Made by a program: the position numbers and the translations under genes
The notes under the pieces: generated by a model
Database searches by the model: none
Seen by the model: only the letters and a program-made list of their open reading frames with translations
Told to the model about the DNA's origin: nothing
Origin: Pyrodictium delaneyi
GTDB taxonomy: Archaea; Thermoproteota; Thermoprotei_A; Sulfolobales; Pyrodictiaceae
DNA: 32,000 nt
Assembly: GCF_001412615.1 (NCBI RefSeq)
Contig: NZ_CP013011.1
Location: forward strand, 1,380,001-1,412,000
Direction of reading: 5' to 3'
Shown here: positions 23,949 through 32,000 of the stretch, piece after piece
Layout of the letters: every line of letters begins with the position of its first letter
Position numbering within the stretch: the first letter of the stretch is position 1

Positions 23949-26244
23949 GCGTCTTAACGGCTATTCGGTGGAGTACTTCCCGGGCCTTCCTGTTGCTGAC
24001 GCCGAGCCTCTTGCAGAACCCGCTTGGTTCTACTAGGATGCTGTCATAGTCTACGCCTAGTATGTCAGCTACAGCCCTCTCTATCGACACCCACTCACCC
24101 GTATCAGAAGCCATTACCGCTGCTACATGCTCTGCGAGCTTCCTAGGCTCACTAGGGGTCTCACCGAAGACGTGGAGCCCGTTCTCGACAGCGCTAGCCC
24201 GTACAGCCGTGAGGAGATCGTGGAGCCGGTCAACGGTCCTCTCGGGGCTCCCCTGCCCCACGTCGAGGCCGCGTTTACGCGCCTCCTCGAGTATCTGCTC
24301 GTACACTATCTTTGCACGCGCCTCCTCGCCGAGGCTCCTGGCTCGGCTATACTCCTCGAGTAGCCTATCGAGCTCCTCGAGAGCAGCATCAGCCTTCATG
24401 AAGGGCGGGTGGACGTGATCCACTATGACGCTGTAGCCCCTCCTCTTAGCTATAACACCCTCCATGGGGTTCGACACGACGTAGATGTAGAGGAAGGGAA
24501 CATCGTCTATACTTATTTCGGGCCAGCAGCTTGGCGACAGCCCCACGCCCTTGCCGGGCCGGAACTCGAGGGTTCCATGGGTCCCGACGTGTAGTATGAG
24601 GTCGGCGCGGAAGACCCGGGTTACCCACCTGTATGCGGCTAGCCACTGGTGGGGAGGCGGTATACGCGGGTTATGGAGTATCTTACAGACCCTCCCGTCG
24701 CATGCTGCGCCGGCGCAGCCGAACTTGGGCTGGGGCATCACGACTACGTTGCCGAAGCGTAGCCCGGGTATGACGAACTTGCCGTCGTAGACTGCGCCGG
24801 CGAATATGCGCTGGACCTTGCCGGACAGTATGTCGCGGGGGTCACCCCACCACTTTAGCATCTCACGACGAGCCTGCTCCGGGAGCTCCATGAACCATTC
24901 CATGTAAGTCTCTAGGTCCACCATGCCTACGTAGCCGCCTCGCCGGACGATCTCCTCTACTGGTGTCCAGCGAAACTCGCTCGTAGCCCTCTTCTGGAGC
25001 ATGAGCTCTACGAGCTCCTGGCCGTTAGTGGGGAGCCTGTCGCTGCCGAGATCGTAGCCTAGGCTGCGGAGCCGGACTAGGAGCCGGGCCACACTCTCTG
25101 GCGCGTCTAGCCCAAGGCCCATCCCTATGGAGGCCTCGACTTGCCGGCACGGCGGGTTGTTGAGCACTATGGCTACTCGTCGCTCGCCCGGCTTCTTCCT
25201 GCGGAGGGCTACCCAGCGCTTCACCCTCCTAGCTACGAGCCTCATATGGGGGTGGTAGGGCTTGTAGAGCTTGTAGTCCTCAACCCTAACAGAGGTACTA
25301 GCCAGTATGGGCTCTATTGCGCCATCAACCTCAGGCATCACGACCTCGTATACCTGCGTGAGGTAGCTAACGCCTTGAGGATTCGACAGCCACTCGTTCT
25401 CGTCCTGGTAGAACTCGCGGATAGGCTTGAACACGGGGACTCCTAGGCGCTGGAGCAGCTCGACCCCATGAGCCACCCTAAACCTGTCGTTGACGCTCAT
25501 GCGACTATATCTTCCGTGGTCTAGGAGGAAGAAGCTAAGCATGTCTATGAGCGCGTCTATCCGGGGCCCCCAAGGCCCGAGGAAGAAACGACGTATAGTG
25601 TCCTCGGCGCTCGGCTCACCGGTCAACTCGTTCCTATAACCTGTCGTGAAGACCGGGATTACACCCAGCCCCTCCGCTTCCAGCGCCTCTATGAGCGCTT
25701 CGAGGGGCTTACGGTTGCCGTACAACCATAGGCTGCGGTAGTAGAGTATACCAACGAGAGGGCGGCCGGCCATGCCGTAGCTGCGTAGATATTCGTCTAC
25801 GTCCTCGTATACTCCGAGCCTTGGGTGCCATACACCGTGCCAGGGTAGCTCCTCTGGGGGCGGAGGCTCCTCTTCGACTATGCCTGCCAGGTATAAGAGG
25901 TAGAGGAGGAGACTGTGGATGTTCTCTTCGCCTCCTGCCTTGAAGTACATTATGACCGTGGATGCTGCTTCTTGGCTCCCGCGGGCTAGGTGTGCGTAGT
26001 TCTCCGATGCAGACACTATGAGCTGTGCACTGGACTCGGCTATAGCCTTCTCAACTTCTTCTGGGAGCGTATGAGTGTAAAGGAATACCACCTTGGACCT
26101 ACGTATCGCCTCTACGTAGCTTGGCGCTGTATCGGGGGAGAGTATCTGAACGAACTGGCCAGCGCCGCCTAGCCTTGACTTGAGCTTACGTAGCAGAGCT
26201 ATTACCGGGCTATGGTAGCCGATTATCAGCGTTACAAGCGTCAA
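23854..26244 (-). CDS. cobN: cobaltochelatase-type large subunit CobN, N-terminal portion (frame-split)
   Basis: 796 aa including ILHVGTHGTLEFRPGKGVGLS (the CobN/ChlH HxGxHG..E.LPGK block). It ends at TAA 23854-23856, directly after a G5 run (C5 at 23859-23863 on the plus strand). TTG start. Confidence 0.85.
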   Translation of the reverse strand: MTLVTLIIGYHSPVIALLRKLKSRLGGAGQFVQILSPDTAPSYVEAIRRSKVVFLYTHTLPEEVEKAIAESSAQLIVSASENYAHLARGSQEAASTVIMYFKAGGEENIHSLLLYLLYLAGIVEEEPPPPEELPWHGVWHPRLGVYEDVDEYLRSYGMAGRPLVGILYYRSLWLYGNRKPLEALIEALEAEGLGVIPVFTTGYRNELTGEPSAEDTIRRFFLGPWGPRIDALIDMLSFFLLDHGRYSRMSVNDRFRVAHGVELLQRLGVPVFKPIREFYQDENEWLSNPQGVSYLTQVYEVVMPEVDGAIEPILASTSVRVEDYKLYKPYHPHMRLVARRVKRWVALRRKKPGERRVAIVLNNPPCRQVEASIGMGLGLDAPESVARLLVRLRSLGYDLGSDRLPTNGQELVELMLQKRATSEFRWTPVEEIVRRGGYVGMVDLETYMEWFMELPEQARREMLKWWGDPRDILSGKVQRIFAGAVYDGKFVIPGLRFGNVVVMPQPKFGCAGAACDGRVCKILHNPRIPPPHQWLAAYRWVTRVFRADLILHVGTHGTLEFRPGKGVGLSPSCWPEISIDDVPFLYIYVVSNPMEGVIAKRRGYSVIVDHVHPPFMKADAALEELDRLLEEYSRARSLGEEARAKIVYEQILEEARKRGLDVGQGSPERTVDRLHDLLTAVRASAVENGLHVFGETPSEPRKLAEHVAAVMASDTGEWVSIERAVADILGVDYDSILVEPSGFCKRLGVSNRKAREVLHRIAVKTLEKLISMGVEPEKLTPELLQGIVVDSAREGA

Positions 26245-26263
26245 CCAGTGCGCCCTCCTCTTG

Positions 26264-26302
26264 GTGCACCGTACACTTCCGGAAAGTGCACACGTTTAAA
26301 TA
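26264..26302. promoter_or_regulatory. divergent promoter elements: GTGCAC (26264-69), TTCCGGAA (26277-84), GTGCAC (26286-91), TTTAAATA (26295-302)
   Basis: Read directly from the 97-bp cobN / propeller intergenic region. The TATA-like box is 40 nt from ATG 26342 and about 50 nt from TTG 26244. Confidence 0.4.
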
Positions 26303-26341
26303 CTTGCAGCGTAGCCGCCTCGGGTACACCTGGGAGACACC

Positions 26342-27991
26342 ATGGAGGCCCCGAAGCTTGCCACAATACTGGTCATCGTACTCGCTGTAGGCGTAGCTAT
26401 GGGCTACGTAGTGGCCAACACTTCCAGGGCTGGAGTACCCTCAACTAGTACAGCTGGGACGGTCACTGTAACGAGTACTGTCACCGAGACAAAGGCAGTA
26501 ACGGAAACAGTCACCTCGATCCGAGAAGTCGTAAAGACGCGCCTATTCCGGCCCGAACTCGTAGCGGACATACTGGTGGCTGACAGAAGCTCACTCCCAC
26601 CCAGCAGCTTCGTACAAGTAGATACGTGGAGGAGCCATGCACCATACACTCTGGTAGTCTTCTCCCCCGACTCTAGCATGTTCGCCGTAACCGTCACGAG
26701 GTACGTGGAGGACAAACCCGTTAGCGAAGTCCGCGTCTACACGATTTACGGCGAGGAGCTGTGGAGGTTTGAGACAGGGAGTGGTTACATCCGTTCACTA
26801 GCCTGGAGTAGCGACGGCAAGATACTCTTCGTTGGAGAGAACAGCATCGAAGGCACCCTGGTAGCCCTCGACGCCTCTACCGGCGAGCAGCTCTGGAGCT
26901 ACAAGACTAGCAGCGAGCTCGGCACCAGCGACCCCAGCCAGCCGAGGTACTACTGGCCCACGATCTACAGTATAGAGTACAGCGACGGTAAAGTATACGC
27001 CTCTGCTTGCCGGACTGTGAAGAAGCCGAAGTACGGGAAGATATGTGCCATATACTGCTTTGACGCTAGGGATGGGAGCCTCGTCTGGAGGTACCCCAGG
27101 GAAGGCTTCATAGACACAATGGTGCCCGAGATAAAGCTGAGCCCCGACGGCCACTACCTCGCCGCAGCCACATGGTACTACAAGGGGGAGCAGTGGAAGG
27201 GCGGTGTCCTCCTTCTACTAGATACTACATCCGGCAGCCTTGTCGCCAGCTTTGACCCAGGTACCCGTAGCCCCTTCCGCTGGGCTGGTAGCTGGAGCGG
27301 CGTAGACTGGCTCGACGAGAAGCACATAGCCTACGTCCTAGACGATGGTAGGCTCTATGTGCTAGAGGCACCGAGCCTCAATACGGTAGAAGAGGTCGAC
27401 GTGACATCCCCGCTGCCCGCGCTCGTGCTCCCCAGGAAGGCTAACACCACCGAGGAGGGCTATGTCTACGCCTTTAGCGGCTACAACAGGGTAGTAAAGA
27501 CGCCTACCGGTCACACATTGCTGCTCGTGAGGACTAGCAATACATACGGAGTAACGGCTGCCGGTAAGAGCGCTAAACCAACCATCAATCATCCTGACGC
27601 GAACTCGATATTCATATACGAGTGGCGCGACGGAGGACTAGCATTCATCGCAAAGTACCCCTTGAGGGGCAAGCCGAGCTACGAGAACTGGGCCAGCTAC
27701 TCCCCAGAGCATGGTCTACTCGCAGTCCCTGTAGGCCACGACTACGTAGCTAGAAGCACAATCTACACGGGCATCTACATACTGAACCTCACAGACATCA
27801 ACGCTGTGAGGAGCGGCGAAGCGCTAGCGCTGACCATCAAACCTCCTGCTGATAGCGGCGTCGTCATCGGCGGCGGTATAAGCCCAGACGGCGCCAGAGT
27901 AGTAGCCATAACATACCCAGTTAACGCCGGTACTGCTGACAGTCCCGTATTCATCGGCGACTACCGTATCCTCATCTACGGGATAGACTAG
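26342..27991 (+). CDS. membrane-anchored extracellular beta-propeller protein (PQQ/BamB-like repeats) with Thr/Val-rich stalk
   Basis: N-terminal TM LATILVIVLAVGVAMGYVV, then TSTAGTVTVTSTVTETKAVTETVTS. Repeated ..DG..(L/V)(V/A)..(D)..(G)..LW(R/S)(F/Y).. units (LVALDASTGEQLWSYKT, CFDARDGSLVWRYP). Confidence 0.8.
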   Translation: MEAPKLATILVIVLAVGVAMGYVVANTSRAGVPSTSTAGTVTVTSTVTETKAVTETVTSIREVVKTRLFRPELVADILVADRSSLPPSSFVQVDTWRSHAPYTLVVFSPDSSMFAVTVTRYVEDKPVSEVRVYTIYGEELWRFETGSGYIRSLAWSSDGKILFVGENSIEGTLVALDASTGEQLWSYKTSSELGTSDPSQPRYYWPTIYSIEYSDGKVYASACRTVKKPKYGKICAIYCFDARDGSLVWRYPREGFIDTMVPEIKLSPDGHYLAAATWYYKGEQWKGGVLLLLDTTSGSLVASFDPGTRSPFRWAGSWSGVDWLDEKHIAYVLDDGRLYVLEAPSLNTVEEVDVTSPLPALVLPRKANTTEEGYVYAFSGYNRVVKTPTGHTLLLVRTSNTYGVTAAGKSAKPTINHPDANSIFIYEWRDGGLAFIAKYPLRGKPSYENWASYSPEHGLLAVPVGHDYVARSTIYTGIYILNLTDINAVRSGEALALTIKPPADSGVVIGGGISPDGARVVAITYPVNAGTADSPVFIGDYRILIYGID

Positions 27992-28023
27992 AATCAGGCC
28001 ATTTTCCTGGGGATGAGGACGGC

Positions 28024-29520
28024 TTGGCCCAGTCCACTCGCGTCACAGTATTTTTGCTAGTACTTCTCGCCACCTCCATTATCCCGGTCCCTGTATACGC
28101 CCATGCCCACAGCTGTAGCCCCCAAGTCGACATAGCCGTCGAGCTTCCACTGGGTCAGCAGCATCGGTACAACAGCTCCCTCGAGCTCCCTCTTCCGGGC
28201 CGCTACCTCTTCTGGCTGATCGTAGAGTCGAAAACGGGTAAGCCCGTTGAGTACCAGATTAGCATCGTGGTTGACGGCGATGCTCGCCTCGAGAGCCTCT
28301 CTGGCCCGCTTCAAGGCGTGCTATCTGGCTATGGCGACCGGAGCATAGCCTATGGCATCGTTAACGCTGGGCCGCAGGGGTTCAAGCTAATAGCTATGCT
28401 TGAGGCTGAGGGCTGCACCCGGTCTATCGTACTCAGTGTAGCCGAGTCGGGGATCGAGGCCCAGTTTAGCCGCGTCCATCTACCTGTAGACCATCTTGGT
28501 AACGAGGATCCGCGTAGGGAGCCCTTCACCCTCGTCGAGTCTTATCCATCGCTCCTCGGCCGCCTCCTAGGCGCGAGCAATAGCCGTGTGCTTCTCGGCT
28601 ACATGCTTGTCTGCATAGAGTCTAGCCAGCCCTTTGACTTCCTAGTAGTTGGCGGGCTCTACGATGCTGGGGGCCGTCCGGCCCCGCTAGCAAGCACCGT
28701 ACTCGAGCCCGGTACCGGAACCTCATACCTTAGGACTACGATATCGACAACCAGTTGTGCAAAAAGCAAGTGTAGTGGCTGTGCAATCATACCTCTATGG
28801 CTACTAGAGGATATAGCTCCACCTGGCGTCTATAGGCTGGTACTGAACCTCTACATACCCGGCTCGGATCGGCCAATCGCTGTATACGAGCACAACGTCT
28901 ACATAAGGCTGTTGAGCTACGGCGACATAGGCGTCGCCGCTATTGTTGCAGGTCTTGGTGTTCTCGTGCTACCGCTTCTTGCGAGGATAAGTGATAGTAA
29001 GAGATTAGCGTATATGGCCCTCACTGGGGCCTCGCTTACGGCGCTCTCTAGGCTTATAGGCGGCGTAGTATTCCGCTTATCGAGCGTCCTAGGTCCCTTT
29101 GACTGGATAGTCTACGGGCCTATAACTAGCGGCCTCTACTACGGGCTCCTGGCTGCATGCCTAGCTGCAACCGGCGAGCCCATGGTCGCTGCGGGCGCCG
29201 TGCTTGTAGAGTGGCTTCTCTCGAGCCTCATCCTGGGTTCTGGTAACCTTGTGTTATCAGCGTTCTGGGCGTTTACCACCCTCTTCGTTGTGGCTGCTGC
29301 CACTTATGCAGCTAGGGTTACGGATCTGAGGCTTCTGCCGGTCTATTTCGCGGCTGCGAAGGCTCTGGACAGCTATGTAGATATTAACATCTACGCGTAC
29401 GCCTATCGACTATACTATGCAGGCTGGTATATAGCTGTCTATAGTGCTGGTATGGCCCTCTATGCGCTCCTCGGCTCAGCAGCCGTGACAAGAATGGTGT
29501 CTAGCCGTGCTAGAAGCTAA
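28024..29520 (+). CDS. membrane protein: signal peptide, ~270-aa extracytoplasmic domain, 6-7 C-terminal TM helices (candidate ECF S-component-like module)
   Basis: N-terminus VTVFLLVLLATSIIPVPVYAHA. The hydrophobic C-terminal ~200 aa are rich in Tyr, Ala and Gly. The stop overlaps the ATPase start by 14 nt. Confidence 0.7.
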   Translation: MAQSTRVTVFLLVLLATSIIPVPVYAHAHSCSPQVDIAVELPLGQQHRYNSSLELPLPGRYLFWLIVESKTGKPVEYQISIVVDGDARLESLSGPLQGVLSGYGDRSIAYGIVNAGPQGFKLIAMLEAEGCTRSIVLSVAESGIEAQFSRVHLPVDHLGNEDPRREPFTLVESYPSLLGRLLGASNSRVLLGYMLVCIESSQPFDFLVVGGLYDAGGRPAPLASTVLEPGTGTSYLRTTISTTSCAKSKCSGCAIIPLWLLEDIAPPGVYRLVLNLYIPGSDRPIAVYEHNVYIRLLSYGDIGVAAIVAGLGVLVLPLLARISDSKRLAYMALTGASLTALSRLIGGVVFRLSSVLGPFDWIVYGPITSGLYYGLLAACLAATGEPMVAAGAVLVEWLLSSLILGSGNLVLSAFWAFTTLFVVAAATYAARVTDLRLLPVYFAAAKALDSYVDINIYAYAYRLYYAGWYIAVYSAGMALYALLGSAAVTRMVSSRARS

Positions 29521-30853
29521 GATAGAGCGTGTAGCATACCCTAGGGGCAGAATCGGTCTCGAGAACGTAGAACTGAAGCTGGAGCCGGGCACAGTACTGC
29601 TCGTAGCCGGGCCTAGCGGCTCGGGGAAGAGTACACTCCTCAAGACACTCGCCGGGGTCGTACCATTCATAGAGGAGGCGAGCGTCGAGGCCGAGATACG
29701 GGTTAGAGGCGAGAGGTTAGACCAGCTGCCGCCGGGGCGTAGACCCATAGCATACTTGCCACAGGATCCAGGAGAACTGGCCCTAGGCGAGTACGGCGCC
29801 GAAGTCCTCCTATTCTACGGGGCTAAGCCCCGCCTACCTCTCGCCAATCTACTCGATAGGAGGATTTACGAGATGAGTAGTGGGCAGCTCCAGCGCCTAG
29901 TATTGTCAGCCGTCACGGGGCGAGATAGAGACATCGTACTTCTAGATGAGCCCCTTGCGAACCTCGATGCAGAGTCCTCGTCTCAGGCATACAATACTAT
30001 CCGGGAGCTTATCCGCAACGGTGTCTCAGTAGTTATCGCTGAGCACCGTCTCTCACGGGTCGCGGGCCTCGCCTCAGAGATGCTCGTACTGAGTAGAGGC
30101 AGGCTGGTGTTCCGCGGAAGCCCCGAGGAGGGGCTCGAGGTGGCTGAGCGTGTTGGCGCACGCCCTGTACGTGTCAGCGGTGTCTCGCTCGAGAAGCCAT
30201 GTAGCTGTGTTGAAGGCGAGCCCGTAGCTGGGCTCAACAAGGTCTACGTGGGATATAGTGGCAGGCTTGTCCTCCAGGGACTGGACTTTGTTTGCCCTCG
30301 TGGCTCGCTGATGGCAGTCGTTGGGCCTAACGGCTCTGGGAAGACTACTCTGTTGAAGTTGTTAGCCGGGCTCATGAGGCCTTGGAGGGGCCGCGTGTGG
30401 TACAGCTGGGGCCGCTGGGACTGGAGAATGATAGGCTATGTTCCATCGTCGCCGTGGCTGTCGTTCCTCGAAGAGTCGGTGCTCGACGAAGTAGCCTCGG
30501 TGGCACACCGTGCTGGCAGCACTACGCCCGTAGAGGATGCTATCGAGGCATTGGAGCTTCTCGGGCTAAGGGGCTATGAGGGCGAGAAGCCCTGGAGGCT
30601 TAGCGGCGGCGAGATGGCTAGGCTAGCCGTGGCCCGGGCTATCGTGAAGAAGCCTAGGCTTCTCCTCCTGGACGAGCCTCTACGGGGCCAGGATAGACGT
30701 AGTGCGGAGGCGGTTCTGGAGGCTGCCCGGCTTGTCGCCCGGCTTGGCGGCTGCTCGGTGGTTGTGACGCACGATCTCGAGTTCCTCTCGAAGTTTGACG
30801 CTGTGTTTAGACTTGACAAGGGGTGCTACCTGGATTGGCCGAGCAGCTCGTGA
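29507..30853 (+). CDS. tandem (A-A fused) ECF/CbiO-type ABC ATPase
   Basis: Two complete cassettes are present. The first has GPSGSGKST / SSGQLQR / VLLDEP and the second has GPNGSGKTT / LSGGEMAR / LLLDEP. Confidence 0.9.
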   Translation: MLEAKIERVAYPRGRIGLENVELKLEPGTVLLVAGPSGSGKSTLLKTLAGVVPFIEEASVEAEIRVRGERLDQLPPGRRPIAYLPQDPGELALGEYGAEVLLFYGAKPRLPLANLLDRRIYEMSSGQLQRLVLSAVTGRDRDIVLLDEPLANLDAESSSQAYNTIRELIRNGVSVVIAEHRLSRVAGLASEMLVLSRGRLVFRGSPEEGLEVAERVGARPVRVSGVSLEKPCSCVEGEPVAGLNKVYVGYSGRLVLQGLDFVCPRGSLMAVVGPNGSGKTTLLKLLAGLMRPWRGRVWYSWGRWDWRMIGYVPSSPWLSFLEESVLDEVASVAHRAGSTTPVEDAIEALELLGLRGYEGEKPWRLSGGEMARLAVARAIVKKPRLLLLDEPLRGQDRRSAEAVLEAARLVARLGGCSVVVTHDLEFLSKFDAVFRLDKGCYLDWPSSS

Positions 30854-31677
30854 GGCTATCCCGTAGCTATGTAGCGCGTAGCCGGGGACCCTTAGCGAGG
30901 CTGAGACCCGGCACGAGGTTAGCCTATGCTTTGCTCGTATCTGTGTCCAGTATAGTGTTTGGCCGTATAGAAGCTCTCGCCCTGCTAGCTGTTGCTGGTG
31001 TAGCGTTCTTCGCGGCATCGAGGCCGGGGCCGCGTAAAGTCGCCTCTGTGGCCCTCCTCGCCTCTATAGTAGTGTGGAGCATCATGGTCAGCCAGGCGCT
31101 GTTCTACCAGGGGACGCCGAGGACCCCAATAGCGGTCATAGTGCCCTCCAACACGCCTGTCATAGGCGCGCTAACGGGCGGCGTATACGTCTACTATGAA
31201 GGTGTCCTCTATGGTCTACGGCAGAGCCTCCGGGCACTAGCCTGCCTCTTTACGGGCGCGGGGCTCGCCGCATCTATGAGCGTACTAGACATCTATACAC
31301 TACTGGCCGGACACCGTAAGCTACTCGTCGTGCTCCTTGCCGCCCTCCGTGGACTCGAGAAGCTCCTAAGAGAATTAGAAGAGAGCTTAGCCTCAGCACG
31401 GCTCTCGGGGGCCCGACTAGGGCTCTCTAGGCTCCACCGGCTGGTACCACTAGTAGCAAGACGCATAGAATCCATGTCCGTGTCTGTCGCCCTAGCCATG
31501 GAGTACTCGACCCCGGTACGTGTGTACAGCGCGTGGAGCACGGTGGCTGTGCTGCTACTAGCAGCCACCATAGCACTTGCTCTGCTATACACTATCTACA
31601 TGCTATACTCGGTTGGCATCGTGCATGACTCATGGCTGCATCGGCTCTACGAGATATTGAGGCTCTGGATGGCATAG
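30823..31677 (+). CDS. EcfT/CbiQ-like transmembrane coupling component
   Basis: 5-6 TM helices plus a cytoplasmic ..LEESLASARLSGARLG.. segment resembling the Ala-Arg-Gly coupling helix. A more likely start is GTG 30850, forming a GTGA overlap with the ATPase stop. Confidence 0.7.
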   Translation: MLPGLAEQLVRLSRSYVARSRGPLARLRPGTRLAYALLVSVSSIVFGRIEALALLAVAGVAFFAASRPGPRKVASVALLASIVVWSIMVSQALFYQGTPRTPIAVIVPSNTPVIGALTGGVYVYYEGVLYGLRQSLRALACLFTGAGLAASMSVLDIYTLLAGHRKLLVVLLAALRGLEKLLRELEESLASARLSGARLGLSRLHRLVPLVARRIESMSVSVALAMEYSTPVRVYSAWSTVAVLLLAATIALALLYTIYMLYSVGIVHDSWLHRLYEILRLWMA

Positions 31678-31712
31678 GGGGACCTACCTGGAGGGGCCTT
31701 GAGGAGGGACAT

Positions 31713-32000
31713 TTATCCGCCGAAAACCTTGTTTATTCTGTCCTCTGTCTCCGCTATCTTCTCGACGAGAGGTTCCCTATGCTTAACCCTAGTGCTGAGC
31801 TCCTTTGCCTCGTGTAGCGCCTTTAGCGCTCCCTCTCTGTCCCCCTTCGCTAGGAGTATGCGTGACTCTAGCAGCTTGCTCCAGGCGTAAGTCTGCAAGT
31901 AGGGCTCCTTATCGCCCTTCATGAGTACAACCTGGGCCTTGGCTAGACTCTCGCAAGCCTTATCCAGTTCCCCCATGTTGTAGTAGATTGCTGCCTCTAC
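31713..32000 (-). CDS. TPR-like repeat protein, N-terminus outside window
   Basis: ..VEAAIYYNMGELDKACESLAKA...LLAKGDREGALKALHEAKEL is typical of TPR helices. The frame is still open at the right edge. Confidence 0.6.
   Translation of the reverse strand, partial: VEAAIYYNMGELDKACESLAKAQVVLMKGDKEPYLQTYAWSKLLESRILLAKGDREGALKALHEAKELSTRVKHREPLVEKIAETEDRINKVFGG

Noticed and set aside
26455-26520. Apparent nucleotide repeat (GTCAC.GT.AC units)
   Set aside because: It is the codon-level consequence of the Thr/Val-rich stalk (TVTVTSTVTETKAVTETVTS) of the propeller protein. It is not a DNA tandem repeat or CRISPR-like array.
1-32000. tRNA, rRNA and CRISPR arrays
   Set aside because: No T-loop-like GGTTCRAATCC context with acceptor pairing was seen, nor any rRNA signature or regularly spaced direct repeats. 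By-eye scanning is not exhaustive, so tRNAscan-SE, Infernal or a CRISPR finder should confirm.

Overview
GC-rich prokaryotic chromosomal segment, archaeal in character. Evidence: AGG/AGA Arg, ATA Ile and CTA Leu codons, many TAG stops, frequent GTG/TTG starts, AT-rich TATA-like boxes 25-60 nt upstream of starts, and V4R, PIN/AbrB and fused ChlI/ChlD proteins. By inference it is a hyperthermophilic crenarchaeon of the Desulfurococcales type (Aeropyrum or Pyrodictiaceae-like). No rRNA, tRNA, CRISPR array, integrase or transposase was found by eye. Bases 1-11.6 kb carry mostly housekeeping or metabolic genes: a MoaD-like/MoaE fusion, an ArsR-HTH fused to a beta-rich domain, an EamA transporter, a metallophosphoesterase, a FAH-family hydrolase, a polyferredoxin with an MvhD-like module, a V4R protein, an MBL hydrolase, a ZIP metal transporter and an HTH-phosphoribosyltransferase. 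Bases 11.6-17.0 kb look accessory. They hold a very GC-rich ORF-poor stretch, a TumE-like toxin pair, two paralogous about 35-nt repeats, and a run of short or broken hydrophobic ORFs. They also hold a low-GC island of about 1.85 kb encoding a sequon-rich secreted protein with a polycysteine membrane tail. Bases 17-20.3 kb carry an atypical HhH/[4Fe-4S] glycosylase-like protein, vapBC and a DUF62 SAM hydroxide adenosyltransferase. Bases 20.3-31.7 kb are the most system-like part. A CobN class-I chelatase, split by a +1 frame change at a homopolymer, sits with a fused ChlI/ChlD. It lies back-to-back with an operon for an anchored beta-propeller, an S-component-like membrane protein with a large ectodomain, a tandem ECF-type ATPase and an EcfT/CbiQ-like protein. 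All calls rest on reading the supplied translations and the DNA by eye. No database search was run.
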